Assembly: GCF_036321535.1 (NCBI RefSeq)
Contig: NC_087437.1
Span: 66,962,001 to 67,026,000, forward strand
DNA from: Camelus dromedarius
Lineage: Eukaryota
DNA length: 64,000 nt
Reading direction: 5' to 3'
The number at the start of each line of letters is the position of its first letter. The stretch's first letter is position 1. Positions 40,051-55,000 of the stretch are shown piece after piece. The position numbers were made by a program, and so were the translations under genes. Under the pieces are notes generated by a model. The model was not told where the DNA came from. It worked only from the letters and a program-made list of their open reading frames with translations, and made no database searches.

Positions 40051-42654
40051 CAATGGACTGAATGTTTATATCCTTGCAAAATTCCTGTGCCAGTCCTCTG
40101 AGAGGCATCCAAGTTGCTGGCATTAGGAGGTGGGGCCTTCGGGAGATGATAAGGTCATGAAGGTGAAGCCCTCACGAGTGGGGTCAGTGCTTTTGTAAAA
40201 GAGGGCCCAGGAGAGACCTCTGGCCTCAGCTACCAGGTGAGGACACCCGGTGAGCAGGATGTTGCTCTGAACTCTCCATGAGGAACTCAGGAGGAAGCAA
40301 GGAGGAGGCAGGAAGTCAGGCTTAAGTGTTTCTCTTGCTGGAGCCTCCCACACCCCTGGGTGTTCTGGGCACTGTGACTTCAAACTCTCTCCTTTTTCTT
40401 CCCTGATCTCCATTTGCAGTGCTTGCCTTAGCGGTATAGACCAAGAAGTGTGCTATAAGGGGAGGCTTCTTGCCCCCAAATGTCTTTTCTTTCTGCCTAG
40501 CATTCCATCAGACATAGATTTATTTGTACAACAAGCAAACGCTGCTCGAGGGACTAAGAACTGGATCCTCCTCCTTCCTTCCTCCAATAGGATAAGGAGC
40601 AGCATCACAAAACTGAGAGGGTGTTTGGACAGCCCAGATGGCTCTTCTTTTATAAATGAGCAACCTGATACTCCCTGACGTAAAGCGATTTGCTCAAGGG
40701 CGCACAGTTTATGTGTTAACAACCAGGACTGGAACTCCTACTGCAAACCCAGTGTATGTCAGAGAATAGATTTTTGAAAGAACTGTGCAGCTTGGTAGAG
40801 TTCTTAAATGTATTTAGTACATACTTAGCATACATAATAAAGGAGTGTCACCTTTGGTGCTTGCAGGAAACCACCCGGCCCTTGGGGAATCAGCATTCAT
40901 CTTGGTGTTAACTGAGAATGCAGCACGGAGGGACAGACTAGGGGGAAAAAACACAGGAGAACAAGTAGCAGCAAATAGCAGAGGGGAAAGAAGTAAAGGA
41001 AAAGACCATGCGGAGAAGCAGAGGCGGACGGGAAGGACAGAGACGGAAACAGAAGTGGGAGAGTCAGAAAAAGGAGAATAAAAATGAGCAAAATGGAAAT
41101 GGATGAAAAAAGTCCTGTGAGAATGAAAATAAGCAAGAAAGAATAAAGAATAAGACAGGAAAGACACGAGGATGGCTCTGTGGGCAGGCCGGTGTTCAGT
41201 CAGATGTAAACAGCAGATGGAACAACACATTAAATGCTTAATGTTAAAAAAAAAATTAGGGTGTTCATTTTACTTTCTAAGTTGTGGAGAGGCATCAATC
41301 TATTGCCTTAAAATGAAAATTAATTCAACATTTAAAAAAGCCAAACTAACACATAAAACCCCAAACTTTCTGGGTAAAAATTTTAGAAGGAGGAAATTCA
41401 TTAATATATTAATAGCCTTTTGGTCTGCAGGGAAGTAGTTACACTGGGCTATAAAAACAACCGCCACCCTACATAGGGTCTGTCTTCCTTTAAAGATGCA
41501 AATTAAGCATGGACTCTCAAATGGTACTGAGGATGGGAAAGTTACAATTATCTGCTATAATCATGTGCTCTTTGGTTCTTGCCTTATTTCACAGTGGCTT
41601 TAATTAAAGGCCTAGTGATGTCGGAAAGTCACATTAATTATTCATCTGCAAACATTTACATAGACTTCCCTGCTCCCCTTCAATGAATTATCAACTTCAC
41701 ATCTCCATAATTTAATCAAAATGACTAAAAATATTCCATCTCCAGCTTCTGCCCCTCCTCTCTGCTCTTTGTGTCTTCAATGTTATTTGTTACTGGAGAA
41801 GACTTCCCACTGTTATTAAGAAAGACGAGAAGAAAATCTGTCTGCTGAAATTGTGTAGAGAGTGTGTACTTTTTTCCACACTGTCATACTGATTGGTATA
41901 AAGCTGTGGTTTGCAAATGTCCATAATTTTTTTTGTAGCAAGATAAGAGGTACCATAGAATTGTGGTATTATTAAAAGCCACCATGATGTTGGGATATAT
42001 TAATAGAAGCATAACATTCAAGAATAAAGCAGTGGTTTCTCCCATAATCCTCAGAGTGTGAAGAATCAAAGCTTCAACCACTAAGCATATAGAAAAACCA
42101 TAAAAGGGAAACTCTTAGAGGTTACAGCTGAAGGACAAGAAAAGGTACAGTTAGACGGCCAAAGTAAAATCAGAAATGCCACCGAAGAAAAATTACTCAA
42201 GAAGGGAGGCACGTGATTTGATGAGTAGTTACTTATTAGGTCTACAATTTGGCCTAACTCCTAAAGGTACATTGGTAAACAGTTACATCTAAGAACACAC
42301 AAAGGATGATTTTAGGAAAAATATGGACTCTGGAGTCAGCTGGACCTGAGTTCAGATCTCAACTCTGCCATTTATGAGTGCTCTGATTTTTAGACACTTT
42401 CTGAAGTTTTCAAAGTCTTATTAATCTTAATAGATAATATCTCAGCCGAGGATCATTTGATTATAAGGAGCAGAAATCCATTCAAGCCAGATTAAGCATA
42501 GCAGATTTAGTACAAGGAAAAAAAGGAATCTCATGGAACACACGTACACTAAATATAGCCCAGCTTTATGGAACCTGGAAAGTTTTCACACAGCTTTTCC
42601 TTTCTGTGTGTTCTCCTAGATTCTGTTATTTATGATTCCTGTGTAAGATTTATC

Positions 42655-44225
42655 CTTCCTGAAGAAATTAAAGCAGATCTAAATAAATGGAAGTACCTCT
42701 CATGTTGTTAGATCAAAAAACTTAATATTATTATGACGATGATACTCCTCTTCAATTGACTTCAAGACTCAGGTCAATCCCTTTCAAAATTCCAGCTGGT
42801 CTTTTTTTTTTTTTAAATTGCCAAGCTTATTCTAAAATTCATATAGAAATCCCAGAGTTTCAGGACAGCTAAAACCATCTTGCAAACAAAGTTGGAAGAG
42901 TCACACTTTCTGATTTCAAAACTTAGAAAAAGCTACAGGAATCAAGACAGTGTGGTTCTGGCATGAGAACAGATCTACATTATTAGGTGAAATATAATTA
43001 AGACTTCAGAAATAAATCCATACATCTAAGGTCAATTTATTTTTGATGGAGATGTCAGAACATTCAATGGGAAAAGAATTGTCTTCTCAACAAGCGGTGC
43101 TGCAACAACTGGATGTTCACATGCCAAAGGATGAAGTTGGACCCTTAACTCACACCAATACCAAAATTAACTCAAAATAGATTAAAGAAATAAATATAAA
43201 ATCTAAAACTATAAAACTCAGAAAAGTAGGTCTAACTCTTCATGATTTTGGATTAGGGGGTGGTTTCTTAAATATACAGGTGATGAAAGAAAAAGCAGAT
43301 AAACTGGACTACAGCAAAATAAAAGAGTGAAAAGACAACCTACAGAATGGGAAACATAGTTGCAAATATTTTATCTGATAAGGGACTAATATCCAGAATA
43401 TAAAAAGGGACTCCTGCAACTCAGTGAGACAAAATGTCTCAAAAAGACAAACAATCCAGTTTAAAAACAGGCGAAGGACTTGAATGCACACTTCTCCAAG
43501 GAGGGTGCACAAATAGCCAAGTAAGCACATGAAAAGATGCTCAGCATCATCAGGAATCAGGGCAATACAAGTCAAACCCACATGAGGTACCACTTCCTGT
43601 CTACTGGGACAGCTACCATCAAAGAGAGATTATGGTGAGTGTTGGTTAGGACGTGGAGAAGTCCGAACCTTCAGACACTTCTGGGGGAATGTAGAATGAT
43701 AGAGCCACTTTAGAAAGTCTGCCCGTTCCTCAGAAGGTCAAACACAGACTTGCTATGGGACCTGGCAAGGAGACTACTAAACTGGACTTTGGTATATACC
43801 AAAAAGAAATGAAAATACATGTCCACACAAAAGAGGTACATGAATGTTCACAGTAGCATTATTCCTAACAGCCCAAAGTGGAAACAGCTCACCTGTTCAT
43901 CAATTTATGGTTGGATAAGCAAAATATGATATATCCATGCAATAATTCCATAAAAGGAATGAAGTTCTGGTACATATTACAACATGGATGAACCTTGAGA
44001 AGTCTATTAGGTAGTAGATCAGAGGTTGTCTAAGGATGGGAAGGAGATGGGAAATGGGGAGTGACTGCTAATGAATATGGGGCTTCCTTCAGGGTGATGG
44101 AAATGCTCTAAAATTTATCATGGCGATGGTTGTACAGCTCCGGGACTATACCAAATACCTGAATTGTACACTTCAGATGGGCAAATGATATGATAATTCT
44201 ATGTCTCAATAAAGCTGTTTTTTTT
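42655..44225 (+). mobile_element. L1MB-like ORF2 3' portion and 3' end
   Basis: Runs from gaagaaattaaagcagatctaaataaatgg to ctcaataaagctgttttt. Confidence 0.85.
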
Positions 44226-46029
44226 TAAATTATATTTTCTGATTCGTGGTGACTCTAGCATGCTTACTAGGAGACATGGGGAAGGGATTTAGTGTAAAAC
44301 CTAAGTTTCCCAAACTGAGTCATAGCTTCTCAAAAGTGGAGTGTGAGAGTGACTGATGGTTCTGTCTAATATGAAAATATTATATATGCCTCAAAATTGG
44401 GAGGATTCAATGCAATATGAGAAGCACTGAGAAAAGTGCCTGACTAGGTTCCCTTTACCGTTTTGGTTTAGCTTTTACTGACTGACAGATTGAAACAAGC
44501 ACTGTTAGGTGTATCACTTATTGCATTTTTTTGTGGCGTGGTGGCCCAGGAAGGCCAGGGAAGGGGGTACTTTGTGTGCCTGGTGACAGCCTGCATTACT
44601 GAGATTAGGTTCCATTCTGATAGGCCGGCGTTTGGGGCTCTTAAAAATTCTCTAGAATCTTTGGGCTGGACAAGGTATTAGCTTCATCCTTTCCCACATC
44701 TTCTGGGCCCAGAACAGGTCCCCATACAGAGGACTCTGAAAGGTTGTGATGATGACCTCAGACCCACAGAGTGACTCTCGTTGGCCCTGAGCCCTGCACA
44801 TGCCCCAGAATCCTGTACTGTGAGTTTTTCTGTGAACAAGAATGAGTCTCTTCAGCCACCTCAGTTCAAATTCATACCAGAAGGTTTTCTTGGGGGACAC
44901 CAACTGCTTCTCTAAATTAGGAAAACTTCAACAACTTTCGTTACTCTTTAACGCGGGGAAGCCAGATCAATGGAAGTGACACGTTAGTCCACGGCAAATG
45001 GTTTATACGTGTTGTATTCTTAGTTTTGAACTTTTGATCGGGGGTGAACCACTCAGTTTATGGAGTTGAATTTGATGCTCTGGATTTCTAATAAAACTTT
45101 TGCTATGTGAGTGTGATTTTTCAGATAAGGGTTGGTCCGTGGCCTCCGTCTTAACCTGCTCTCTCATTAGACTGTGGCATTGTGCTGGCCATGAACGTCG
45201 GTCAGTGTTCCTATCCACGTTTTCTTTATGTTTCCTTTGAGACGGTGGCCATCAGCAGGTAGCAGCTCCCACATGATCACCTCAGGGACTTCTGATTATG
45301 TAAACTAAGCCTTGCTGAGAAGTATGGACATCTATTTTGCTATCAGTTTCCTTATATGGCTGGCTAGTGTAACCGGATTAAAGCAGATCAGATCCTCTTA
45401 TACTTACGCAGTTTTCCTTGGTTCCATTGGTGACAGAGAACAGAATGCATTGGCACTAGTTGCTTTGACAGGGCCAGATATGGAAATATCTCTGAATCCT
45501 GCATAATTTCTCAAAATATACAAAGTTGCCTAGTAGCTTTGAGAGTCAGGCTCCGGATGATGTTAAACGCTTGTGCAGTAGATAAATATAGGGCAGTACG
45601 GCTGGTACTTCTGCATCTGCTATGTACGTGGTTTATTTTAATAGGCTGCTTTCAGACTAAATGTTTTAACCACTTCATATTATGATACATAGAATGGGAG
45701 CGTGGAAAGAGGACTGAATTTCTAGTCAGACCGACTTGTATCAATTCTCCATTATTTCTACAAGTCTGAATTGCGTCCTTTGTACCTGTCACTTCATCTT
45801 TGTACAGTGAACATAATTCTTCTTCCTAAGTTGTGGTGAGGAGTAAATTGTATGGATAGAACCATCCAATAAGGTGCCTGGCACAGAGTCGCAAGCCTCC
45901 CACTGAATGTTGATTTGAATCTGAATCCACCTGTCTGGGGAACTTATTCCTTGAGGCTCAGCTCACACTGCTACCTCCTTTCCGTAATGCCCTGCCTCTC
46001 TTCACGTTCGTGACACTGTAATTGTGGTT

Positions 46030-46637
46030 TATTACAGGGTATTGAGTGTAGTTCCCTGTGCTATACTGTAGGACCTTGTTGTTTATCTATTTTATATATA
46101 GTAGTTCGTATCTGCTAATTCCAAACTTCTAATTTATCCCTCCCCCAATCCCTTTCCCCTTTGATAACGGTAAGTTTGTTTTCTACGTCTGTGAGTCTGT
46201 TTCTGTTTCATAAGTAAGTTCACTTGTCTCATATTTTAGAGTCCACATATAAGTTATATCATATGGTACTTTTCTTTCTCTTTCTGACTTACTTCATTTA
46301 GTATGATAATCTCTAGATCTACCCACATTATTACAAATGGCATTATTTTATTTTTTATGGCTGAATAGTATTCCATTGTATAAATATACCACAACTGCTT
46401 TATTCAATCATCTGTCAATGGACATTTAGGTTGCTTCCATGTCTTGGCTATTGTAAATAGTGCTGATATGAACATTGGGGTGCATGTATCTTTTCAAATT
46501 AGACTTTTCTGTGGATATATGCCCAGGATTGGGATTTCTGGATCATATGGCAACTCTATTTTTAGTTTTTTTAAGGAACCTCCATACTGTTTTTCATAGT
46601 GACTGCGCCAATTTACATCCCCACCAACAGTGTAGGA
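46030..46637 (-). mobile_element. Artiodactyl-type L1 3' end
   Basis: gttccctgtgctatactgtaggaccttg...catccccaccaacagtgtagga. Confidence 0.85.
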
Positions 46638-46639
46638 CG

Positions 46640-48815
46640 GCAGAGGAACTGAATCTAAAGGTGAGTTCTCTGAATTGGTGTTGAGTTTTCTGGAATTGAT
46701 TCTCTGATTAGATTTAAAAACACTGATGACCCTACTTCCAGTGGCATGAAGGGACAAAAGTGTTAATAAGATTATCACATGTGGATGTCCATAATCAACT
46801 ACATACAGAAGGCAAGGCTCTAGGTCACCAAGTATTAGCAACCCTAGAACGTTTTAGTCAAAACAGTGATATAATGGGATTGACTGGTTGTTTTTCATTG
46901 CACTGGGAAAAGTAGGGACAGAAAATGAGGAGCTCAGGGCTTCAAATTCCCAACTCAATGACCTGAAAGCTTCTATAATTTTCTTGAAAAAATCTTTATC
47001 GCCTTTAGTTAGAAGGCCAAGATTTCTGAAAACCATACCCAGAGTTTCACCTTGCAAGCAGCTGAATTATGACACAAATTGAATTCCTACCTTGGCAGGA
47101 TCTATTTTATTAAAGTTAGAGTCTTTATTTAGATGGAATGAGATCAAGAACATATGAGTAGATTCCAAGGAATGTGGGGGAAGCTGGGCGCCTAAATGAA
47201 ATAGAGGCTTCATTGCTAGTAGAAACAGACTTTCCACTCCTGCCTAAGAAGGTTAGTGGTATATGTGAGACGGGGCTTGAGCCCAGCACGTATAAGGCAT
47301 GTCCTGCAGGCACAAGTAAACTGCACGAGGAAGTGGTCCAAATGTCTATGGCCCCTACTCCTGCTGTATGGTACCTTCTGTCTCTCTCTAACTTGTACTC
47401 ACAGCTTCATGGGGAGTTCTCTATGACCAGTTAACTGAGCAAGAAAAAATTCAAGCCGGGTTTGCAGGCGTTTCTGTATGATATGCAGGCACCTATAAAA
47501 AGTAGGCAGTTGCAGCATTGCTGCCCCACTCTGGAACATCCCTGAAAGAAAGTGGTGAAGGGAGATCCTCCCAGCAGGTTGTACTTTGAGTAGTGCACCT
47601 GGTTGTTTATTCTGCTTGGAAGAAAGGGAGAAATGGCCAGATGTGTGATTGTGTACCACTGGCTATCACTAATGGTTTGGCTGGATGGTCAGGGACTTAG
47701 AAGGAACATGGTTAGAAAAGTGACAAAGGAGTCTGAGGAAGAAATATGTCAATAGACCTCTTTGAATGAGTGAAAAATGTAAAGGCATTTGTGTACCATG
47801 TGAATTCTCACTAAAGGGTGGCCTCAGCAGAAGTGTATTTTAGTGATCGAGTGGATAGGGTAACCTGTTCTGTGGATACCAGTCAGCCTTTTCTCCCCAG
47901 CCACTCTGGTCATTGTCCAGTGGGCTCATAACAAAGTGACCTTGGTGGAAGGGATGGAGGTTATGCATGGGCTCAGCAAAATAGACCACCACTCATGAAG
48001 GCCAGCCAGGCTATGGCCACTGTTCAGTGCCCAAATTGCCAGAAGCAGAGCCCAACAGTGAGCCCCTATTATGGGACCATTTGAGTGATCAGCTGATTAC
48101 CTGGTGGCAGGTTGATTATACTGGACAACTATCATCATGGAAAGGGTAGTACTTTGTTCTTAATGAAACATGTCCTTATTCTTGATATGAATTTTCCTTC
48201 CTCGTACACAGTCTTCTTCCAGAACTAACAGACATGGATTTACAGAATGCCTTATTCACTGTCATGGTATTCCACAGAGCACCACGTCTGATCAAGGAAG
48301 TAATCACACAATAAATGAAGCACAGCAGTGAATCCTTGGTCATGGAATTCACTGGTCTTATCACGTTCTCCATCATTTCAAAGAAGCTGGCTTGATGTAC
48401 TGGTAGGATGACTTTCTGAATCACCAGCTGTGGTACTTTGCAGAACTGAGGCAGGGTCCTCTAGGATGCAGTATATGTGCTAAATCCAGTGTACAATATA
48501 TGGTACTGTTTCTCTCCTAGCCAAAATTCATGACCCAAGAATCAAGGAGTTAAAATGGCACTGCTTCCTCTCACTATGTCTTCTAATGTCACACAAACAA
48601 AATTTTTGCTTCCTGTCCTGACATCTTTAAGGCTCCACTGATCTAGAAGTCTCCATTCCAAAGAGAGGAATGCTTCCATCAGGGGAACACAACAATTATT
48701 CCATTGAACTTGAAGCTGAGATATTCACTTGGCCACTTTGGGTTCTTCATGCCTCTGTATCAACAGACAAAGAAGGCAGTTACTGTACTGGCTGTGATGA
48801 TTTATTGTAACTGAT
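46640..48815 (+). mobile_element. Degenerate ERVL internal region (gag remnant, RNase H, integrase, dUTPase)
   Basis: Broken frames resemble ERVL pol: W-G-V-x-Y-D-Q-L-T near 47410, NGLAGWSGT near 47670, TWWQVDY near 48100, and dUTPase-like PLN.KLR...GHFG near 48700. Confidence 0.85.
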
Positions 48816-49202
48816 CCTATAAGTTTTGAGATTCGGGGAGATGAGAGGAGATACCAGAAATAACATTCCCTAGAAATAAAGCTCAAATTCCTCAACTTTC
48901 AACAGTAAATGAAATAAATCAATGTCTCTAGTTGTTCACTGATAGTTATATCAAATTATTGGGTTATAATTTTCATGATATACAATATTCCACAAGTAAA
49001 ATAGGCAGAACATATACCATATCCCCTCAGTCAATTGAATGTCCTCATTTCTGAACCCTCCTGGATCTCGTTGTCTTACCTTACCCTTTTAACCATGGCA
49101 GGATCACATTCGTCAAAAGCAGCGATCACAAATAATATGAAGATTATAACTTCTATGATAACTCAAACAAGATACATCACTATTTCTTCAAAGAGTTTAT
49201 TT

Positions 49203-49461
49203 CTTTATTTCTTTTTTTAAAATACATTTTTATTGACATATGGTCAGTTTTCAATGTTGTGTCAATTTCTGGTGGACAGCACAATATTTCAGTCATATAG
49301 GAACATATATATATTTGCTTTCATATTCTTTTTAACCATAAAGTACAATAAGATATTGAATGTAGTTCGCTGTGCTATACAGTATAAACTTGTTTATCTA
49401 TTTTATATGCAGTAGTTAGTATCTGCAAATCTCAAACTCCCAATTTATTCCTTCCCAACCC
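49203..49461 (-). mobile_element. Young 5'-truncated L1 3' end (camelid-type)
   Basis: Perfect 17-bp TSD cttcaaagagtttattt (49186-49202, 49462-49478) with a T-rich tail on the left. Confidence 0.85.
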
Positions 49462-52400
49462 CTTCAAAGAGTTTATTTATTAGTGGGAATATTTTCTGTC
49501 TCGTACACATGGACCCCAAACAGCCAAGGCTTCACCAAGCTGTGAGCATGACCGTGGCCGTGGAACATGTGTGCCCAGCCTGCCCCTTAGGGCCTTCTGC
49601 TCTTGCAGGACCTTATCTTCCTCTCAAACATTTCCCCTGTTATTTCAAGGAACCGCCATGATTCTGATGTTTCACATGTGCTCATGAATAATTGTCCTTG
49701 TTCTTCCACTCTTGTATAAGCCCCCTGACAACAAACCACAAAAAGGGCACTTTTCCTCAGTAAAGAGCTTTTTCTGAGGATGCTGCTCTGCTGGGCACTA
49801 CTGCCCTGCTATCCATCTATCTATCTAATCTGCTACATGCCAAAGCTGTGTTCCATGGTGGAGTTTCTCATGGGGGAAAGAGAGAGTAAGCCCTCCAGTT
49901 CTTTATGCATTTGTTCACTTGGATAACAGGTAGCTTTGCTGTGTTCAGAACCTTTCACAGACCTTCACAAATATACCGGCTTGGGCCATCTGCCCTTAGA
50001 GGAACTTGAGCCCATCCACCAGTACAGACATTGAGAGAAATGGCATAGCATCCTGATCACTGTCCCCAGTTTTCCCTTTTCTTTATTCCACAGGTAAATT
50101 TATACCTCTCTGTCTTCCCTTAGCAAAAACAAACAAACAGAAAATTCAAAGCCCAAAACCCCAAACCCAAAGACAGACCAAAAAACCCCCAACCTCCCAT
50201 CCCCTCATATGCACATTTACTCTAAAGATAGATACTTAGATACTACCTACACATCAGAAGGTCTGATTCTTAGTTGTCCAGGTAGGACACCCTGGTACAA
50301 TTTTTTAAATAAAAAAAAATTAAAATAATCTTAAAGCAGTTAAAATTTGAGTCTGCATAAATTATCATCAATCAGTTACCATTTGGGTTTGCTTGCTTCA
50401 TCAGTTCAACTCCCATCACCACGTCTATTTTTCCCTTAAGTATTCTGAGTATGTTATTAGTTTCACAGCTAGAACAATATTGTAATCTATGATTTCGTGC
50501 TAGGTATGAATACCAGCAGTTCTATATGCTGAATCCCAGGAAAAGAAGTACACCCTTTCTGGAGATCAGTTTATTTTTGCTTTTAATATTCAAAAGAATG
50601 AGAAAAACACATTTGAAATTCTTGCTGAGGACCTAGGGTTAAAAGTTACACCATCTTCTCCTTTGGGTCAGAAGAACGATGATATAGTGGATACAGCATG
50701 GGCTCTAAGTCAGAACATCTGAATTCCAGCTTCACCACTTACTTGTGTGTTCTTGGCTAAGGTACTTCATGGACCCCAGTTTCCTCCTTTGTAAACTGAA
50801 GCTGCTTCTCAGCATTGCTGTTAGGCCTAAATGAGACCATGCAAAGTGCCCAGTTCCTGGAGGCGGTCAGCAATTGTCACTCCTCCTACTCAATGCCTTT
50901 TCTTCCGGAGTTGTCTCAGACTTCAGCGGATCATTGCTATATGGAATTTCAACGCTGGTAAGATATAGAGCTCAGCTTTTATTGCCATGACAACAGAATC
51001 AGAGAAGCGAAAAATTTCCTCCCAAAGCAGTGAGCAACTGTTAACAAAGTAGCACCTTTTTAATTGGTGGCAAGTATGTGATTTCTTTTCTCCCCCACCT
51101 CCCTCTGAACCCGCTTTTCTTCAACTGGTTTTCCTAACCTACTTGTTTATTCTGAAAGGACCGAAAGGAGAGGTTGGAGACTGATTTTCTAATCACTGGG
51201 TAAACGTTAACAGTGATATCTAGTCCTTTTATGTCACCTACCTTCTAACTGCTACTTGCAGAGTATCATGGGAGGCACCTAAGGTTTTCATTATTATCTG
51301 AAATGAGACCTTTTCAAAATCAATATCTGCATTTTTCAGATATATTTAAACTACAATTTATAATCTCAAAGAGTTACAATGGTCCTCTAATATTTCTTTC
51401 ACCCTTTAAATAGTATTTCCAAGAGGAATTTTTCTAATCTTTGTTTTGACGTGCTTAAAGGTGACTCAGTTAATTTCCCTGGTAATATATTTCACTCTCT
51501 CATAGTTTCTATGGTCTTAATTAGCAATCCAACCTTCTAAAACTGAAGCCTCTTCTATCTTTTACCAAAGATACAGAAAATAGTTGATCATTGTCACTAA
51601 TAAAATACACGTTTATATGCTCTATTAAGAAATACTCCAATTGTGATCTCTTCAAGGTAAATAAACTGTTGTCCTTCTGTCACATGACACAGTACAAAGC
51701 TATTTTAAAACAATATATTCCACTTAAAACATACTTTTTAAAAGTTGCTTAGAAAGCCTGATTGGAATCACTTAAAAGCAGTTTGGCAGAGAATCTGTGA
51801 CCAAGGTCAGACTTCAGAGATCAGTAAAAAAGTCATTTACTGAGCATCTCTTATTTGAGAGAAGAACTGAATGATGTAGAAATATGTTGCCAGTGAAATG
51901 TTTCTTCCTTACTGATAAAAGATCCCAACAGATAGGGAAGCCATGCTTCCTGCATGCAAATAGGAAATAATAGGACTCTTTTTTGGCTTTTGATAAGGTA
52001 TTCGGAACAGAAAATAATTTTTCTCTTGTTCAATTATAGTGAGGAGTTTATTAGATAAGAAAGAAGCTAAAAGGAGTGCTAAGAACAGAACTGTCACAGA
52101 GATTGCAGCTGCCCACCCAACACCCATTCTCTCCATTTTCCTTACTATGGGGGCCCCATTTTCTTAGGGGAAACATTGTATTCAGGTTAACAAATACTAC
52201 ATTTCCCATCTTCCCTTGTAGATAGAAGTGGACAAGTGATACAGTTTGGGTCAATGATGTACAAATGGAAGTTTAAGGTTAGAACTTCTGGGACTACGTG
52301 TTAAAAGTGAGTGATCCATGATTGGTATGCCTTTTCTGCTTTATGGACTTGTTCCTCTTTCCTCCATGAAACATGAAAGGTGTAATAGATGGGGGCGTGT

Positions 52401-52529
52401 CATTTATCTTGTACAGGTGAGGGAAAACCATGAGAGTCACAGGTGCCTCAACCCAGACCTCAATCTTGTAGTAGTTTCTTTGATGAGGTCAGTGTTGCTT
52501 AAGATTGGCAGCTTATTAGAATCTCCAGA

Positions 52530-55000
52530 CTGAAAAACTAAAAAGTACAGTATCTGAAATTAAGAACTCAATAGATGGGTTTTATGAGATTGGACATAGT
52601 CAAATACAGACTTAGTAAAGTGGAAGACAGTTCAAGATAAAATATCCAAGATGAGGCATGGAGAGACAAAAAGATAGAACAGAACAGAGTATAGCAAACG
52701 TGTATGTGGCATGCTAGAATCCAGCTTTCTGAAAAAGAAAGTCTTGAGTTGTAGTGATATAACTGATTGTCGTGGTGTAAACACTATCACCATGGTTGAT
52801 TTCAAGCTACTCATAATTTAACAGACATCTCACAAAATTCCTGAATACTTAACAGTTGACTCTGGCAAGCTGGTGCAAACTGACTCCAGCACACCCTTCA
52901 TATGAATCATACTTAGAAGTTCTAAAATATGTTAAGTAGAGACCTAGAAAAAGAGAAGAGAATGGAGTAGAAGCAACATTTGAAGAGGTTATAACTGAGA
53001 ATATCCTAAAACTTTTAAAATAAATCAAGCCATGGATGAAAGAACTCAGCCAACCACAAACATGATAAATACAAAGAATACTACATCTGGGAACATCATT
53101 GTAAAACTGTTGCAAACCAAGGTGTAATGGGCTAGATGGTGATGCCCAAAAATACAGGTTCATGTCCTGATCCCCAGAACCTGTGAAAGCTACCTTGTTT
53201 GGAAAAAGAGTTTTTGAAAATGTAATTAAATTAGGATTTTGAAGTGAGATCATCCTGGATTATTTAATCCAAGTGGACTCTGTTATTCTATTCCTGTTCC
53301 ACCATTATAAAATAAATAAATACAAATTACCTGCACAAGTTATAAAGAAGATGACATTATTGCAGATTTTACAGACATCAAAAATATACAGAGACTATTA
53401 TGAACACTTTTATACCAGTGAATTTGGATGAAATGGATAGATTTTTGAAAAATACAACTAACCAAATCTGATAGAAGAAGAAATCAAAAGCCTGAATCAT
53501 GTTCTGTTTATTCAGAAGGTTGTCCTCTAAAAACAATTTTCCATAATGAAAACTCCAGGTTTGATGGATACAAAAGTGAATTCTTACATTTATGGGTGAG
53601 ATAAAATAAATCTTGCACAAATTCTTTTATAAAATAGAAAAAAGGAGCTATTTCCTTATTTTTCTTTTTTGAGGCCAGCAAAACCTTGACTTTAAAACTT
53701 GACAAGGAAATTGTAAGAAAAAATTGCAGACGAATCTCTCATGAAAGTAGATTCAAAAATTCATAATAAAGCATGAAAAAATCAGTTTATATGTGAAAAG
53801 AATAATACATCGTGACTAGTGGGGTTTATTTCACAGACAAAATGGTAGTGAAGTATTCAAAATCAATTAAGGTAATTTACACACTACCAGGAAAAAAAGA
53901 GAAAATCCGTGATAGTTACAACAAATAGATAGCATTTGAGAAAACTTAAGACACATTAATGATTTTTTTTAAAAAATTCATGTTAAACTTGGAATAAAAT
54001 GGATTTTCCTTCATTTGATAAAAATAGTAGATACAATCTATAGGAGACATCATAATAAACAACAAAATATTAAAGTCTTTTCCTCTGACAAGGAGCCTAC
54101 TACTACCACTTCCACTCCACACATTTGGTCTCAGGAAGTGTAATAAGGTAAGAAAAACAAGTAAATAAGGATTGAAAAGGAAGAAATAAACTCATTTTTA
54201 GATGACATGATTATGTATATAGACAATTCAAAGAATCTATAGACAAACTGTTGGAGTCAATAAATGAATTTAGTGAGATTGTGGAAAACAAGTCAGATGT
54301 ACAAGGGTTAAGGTAAACTTTTCTGTACGCTAGCAATAACCAAATAGAAAAGGAAATTTGAAAAATGAAACCATTTACAATAGTGTCAAAGAACATCACC
54401 TACCTAGGAATAAACTTAACTGAAAGTGGACAAGAAGCTACTAAATATTATTGTAAGAAATGAAAGAACCCTACAAACATTGATTGGTATGACGTGTTCT
54501 TGGATTGGGAGACCTAAAACAGTAAAGCTATAATTCTTCCAAAATTAATCTATAGTTTCACTCAACCCCAATCAAAATTCCAGGAGATTTCATTGTGGAA
54601 ATTGAGGCATGATTGTAAAATTCACAGGGAAATGTAAAGGACCAAGAGTAGCCAAGGTGATCTTAAGGAGAACAAAGTTAGTAACAGTTGTCAAGACTAT
54701 TCTATACCTATAGTAATTAAGACAGTGCATTGTTAGGGCTAGGATAGAGAAATTGATCAGTGAGAACAGAACAGAGGCAGAAACCCCATGCATGTTCATT
54801 TGTCTCATTTATGCAGGCTACACTGAAGTTGATTAAGGAATGGCTTTTTCTTGATCTCAGTGAATGGTACTGGTTAACTGGCTATCCTTACTTCACACCA
54901 CACACAAACATCAAATCCATATGGATTGCAGACATACATGTGAAAGGCAAAACAATAAAGCTTTTAGAAGAACACACAGGAGAACATCTTTCTGACAGTG
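52530..55000 (+). mobile_element. Old L1 ORF1/ORF2 fragments with nested MER63-like hAT MITE (~52720-52897) and MLT1 LTR fragment (~53122-53270)
   Basis: A-rich L1 motifs (gatgacatgattatgtatatagac), a MER63-like end ctccagcacacc, and an MLT1-like ccccagaacctgtgaa...gtaattaaattaggat. Confidence 0.75.

Noticed and set aside
40814..41230. 138-aa hydrophobic minus ORF and charged plus ORF
   Set aside because: Products of a purine-rich low-complexity tract; no splice or homology support.
46640..48815. Intact or domesticated retroviral gene
   Set aside because: Numerous stops, frameshifts and deletions; no long ORF.
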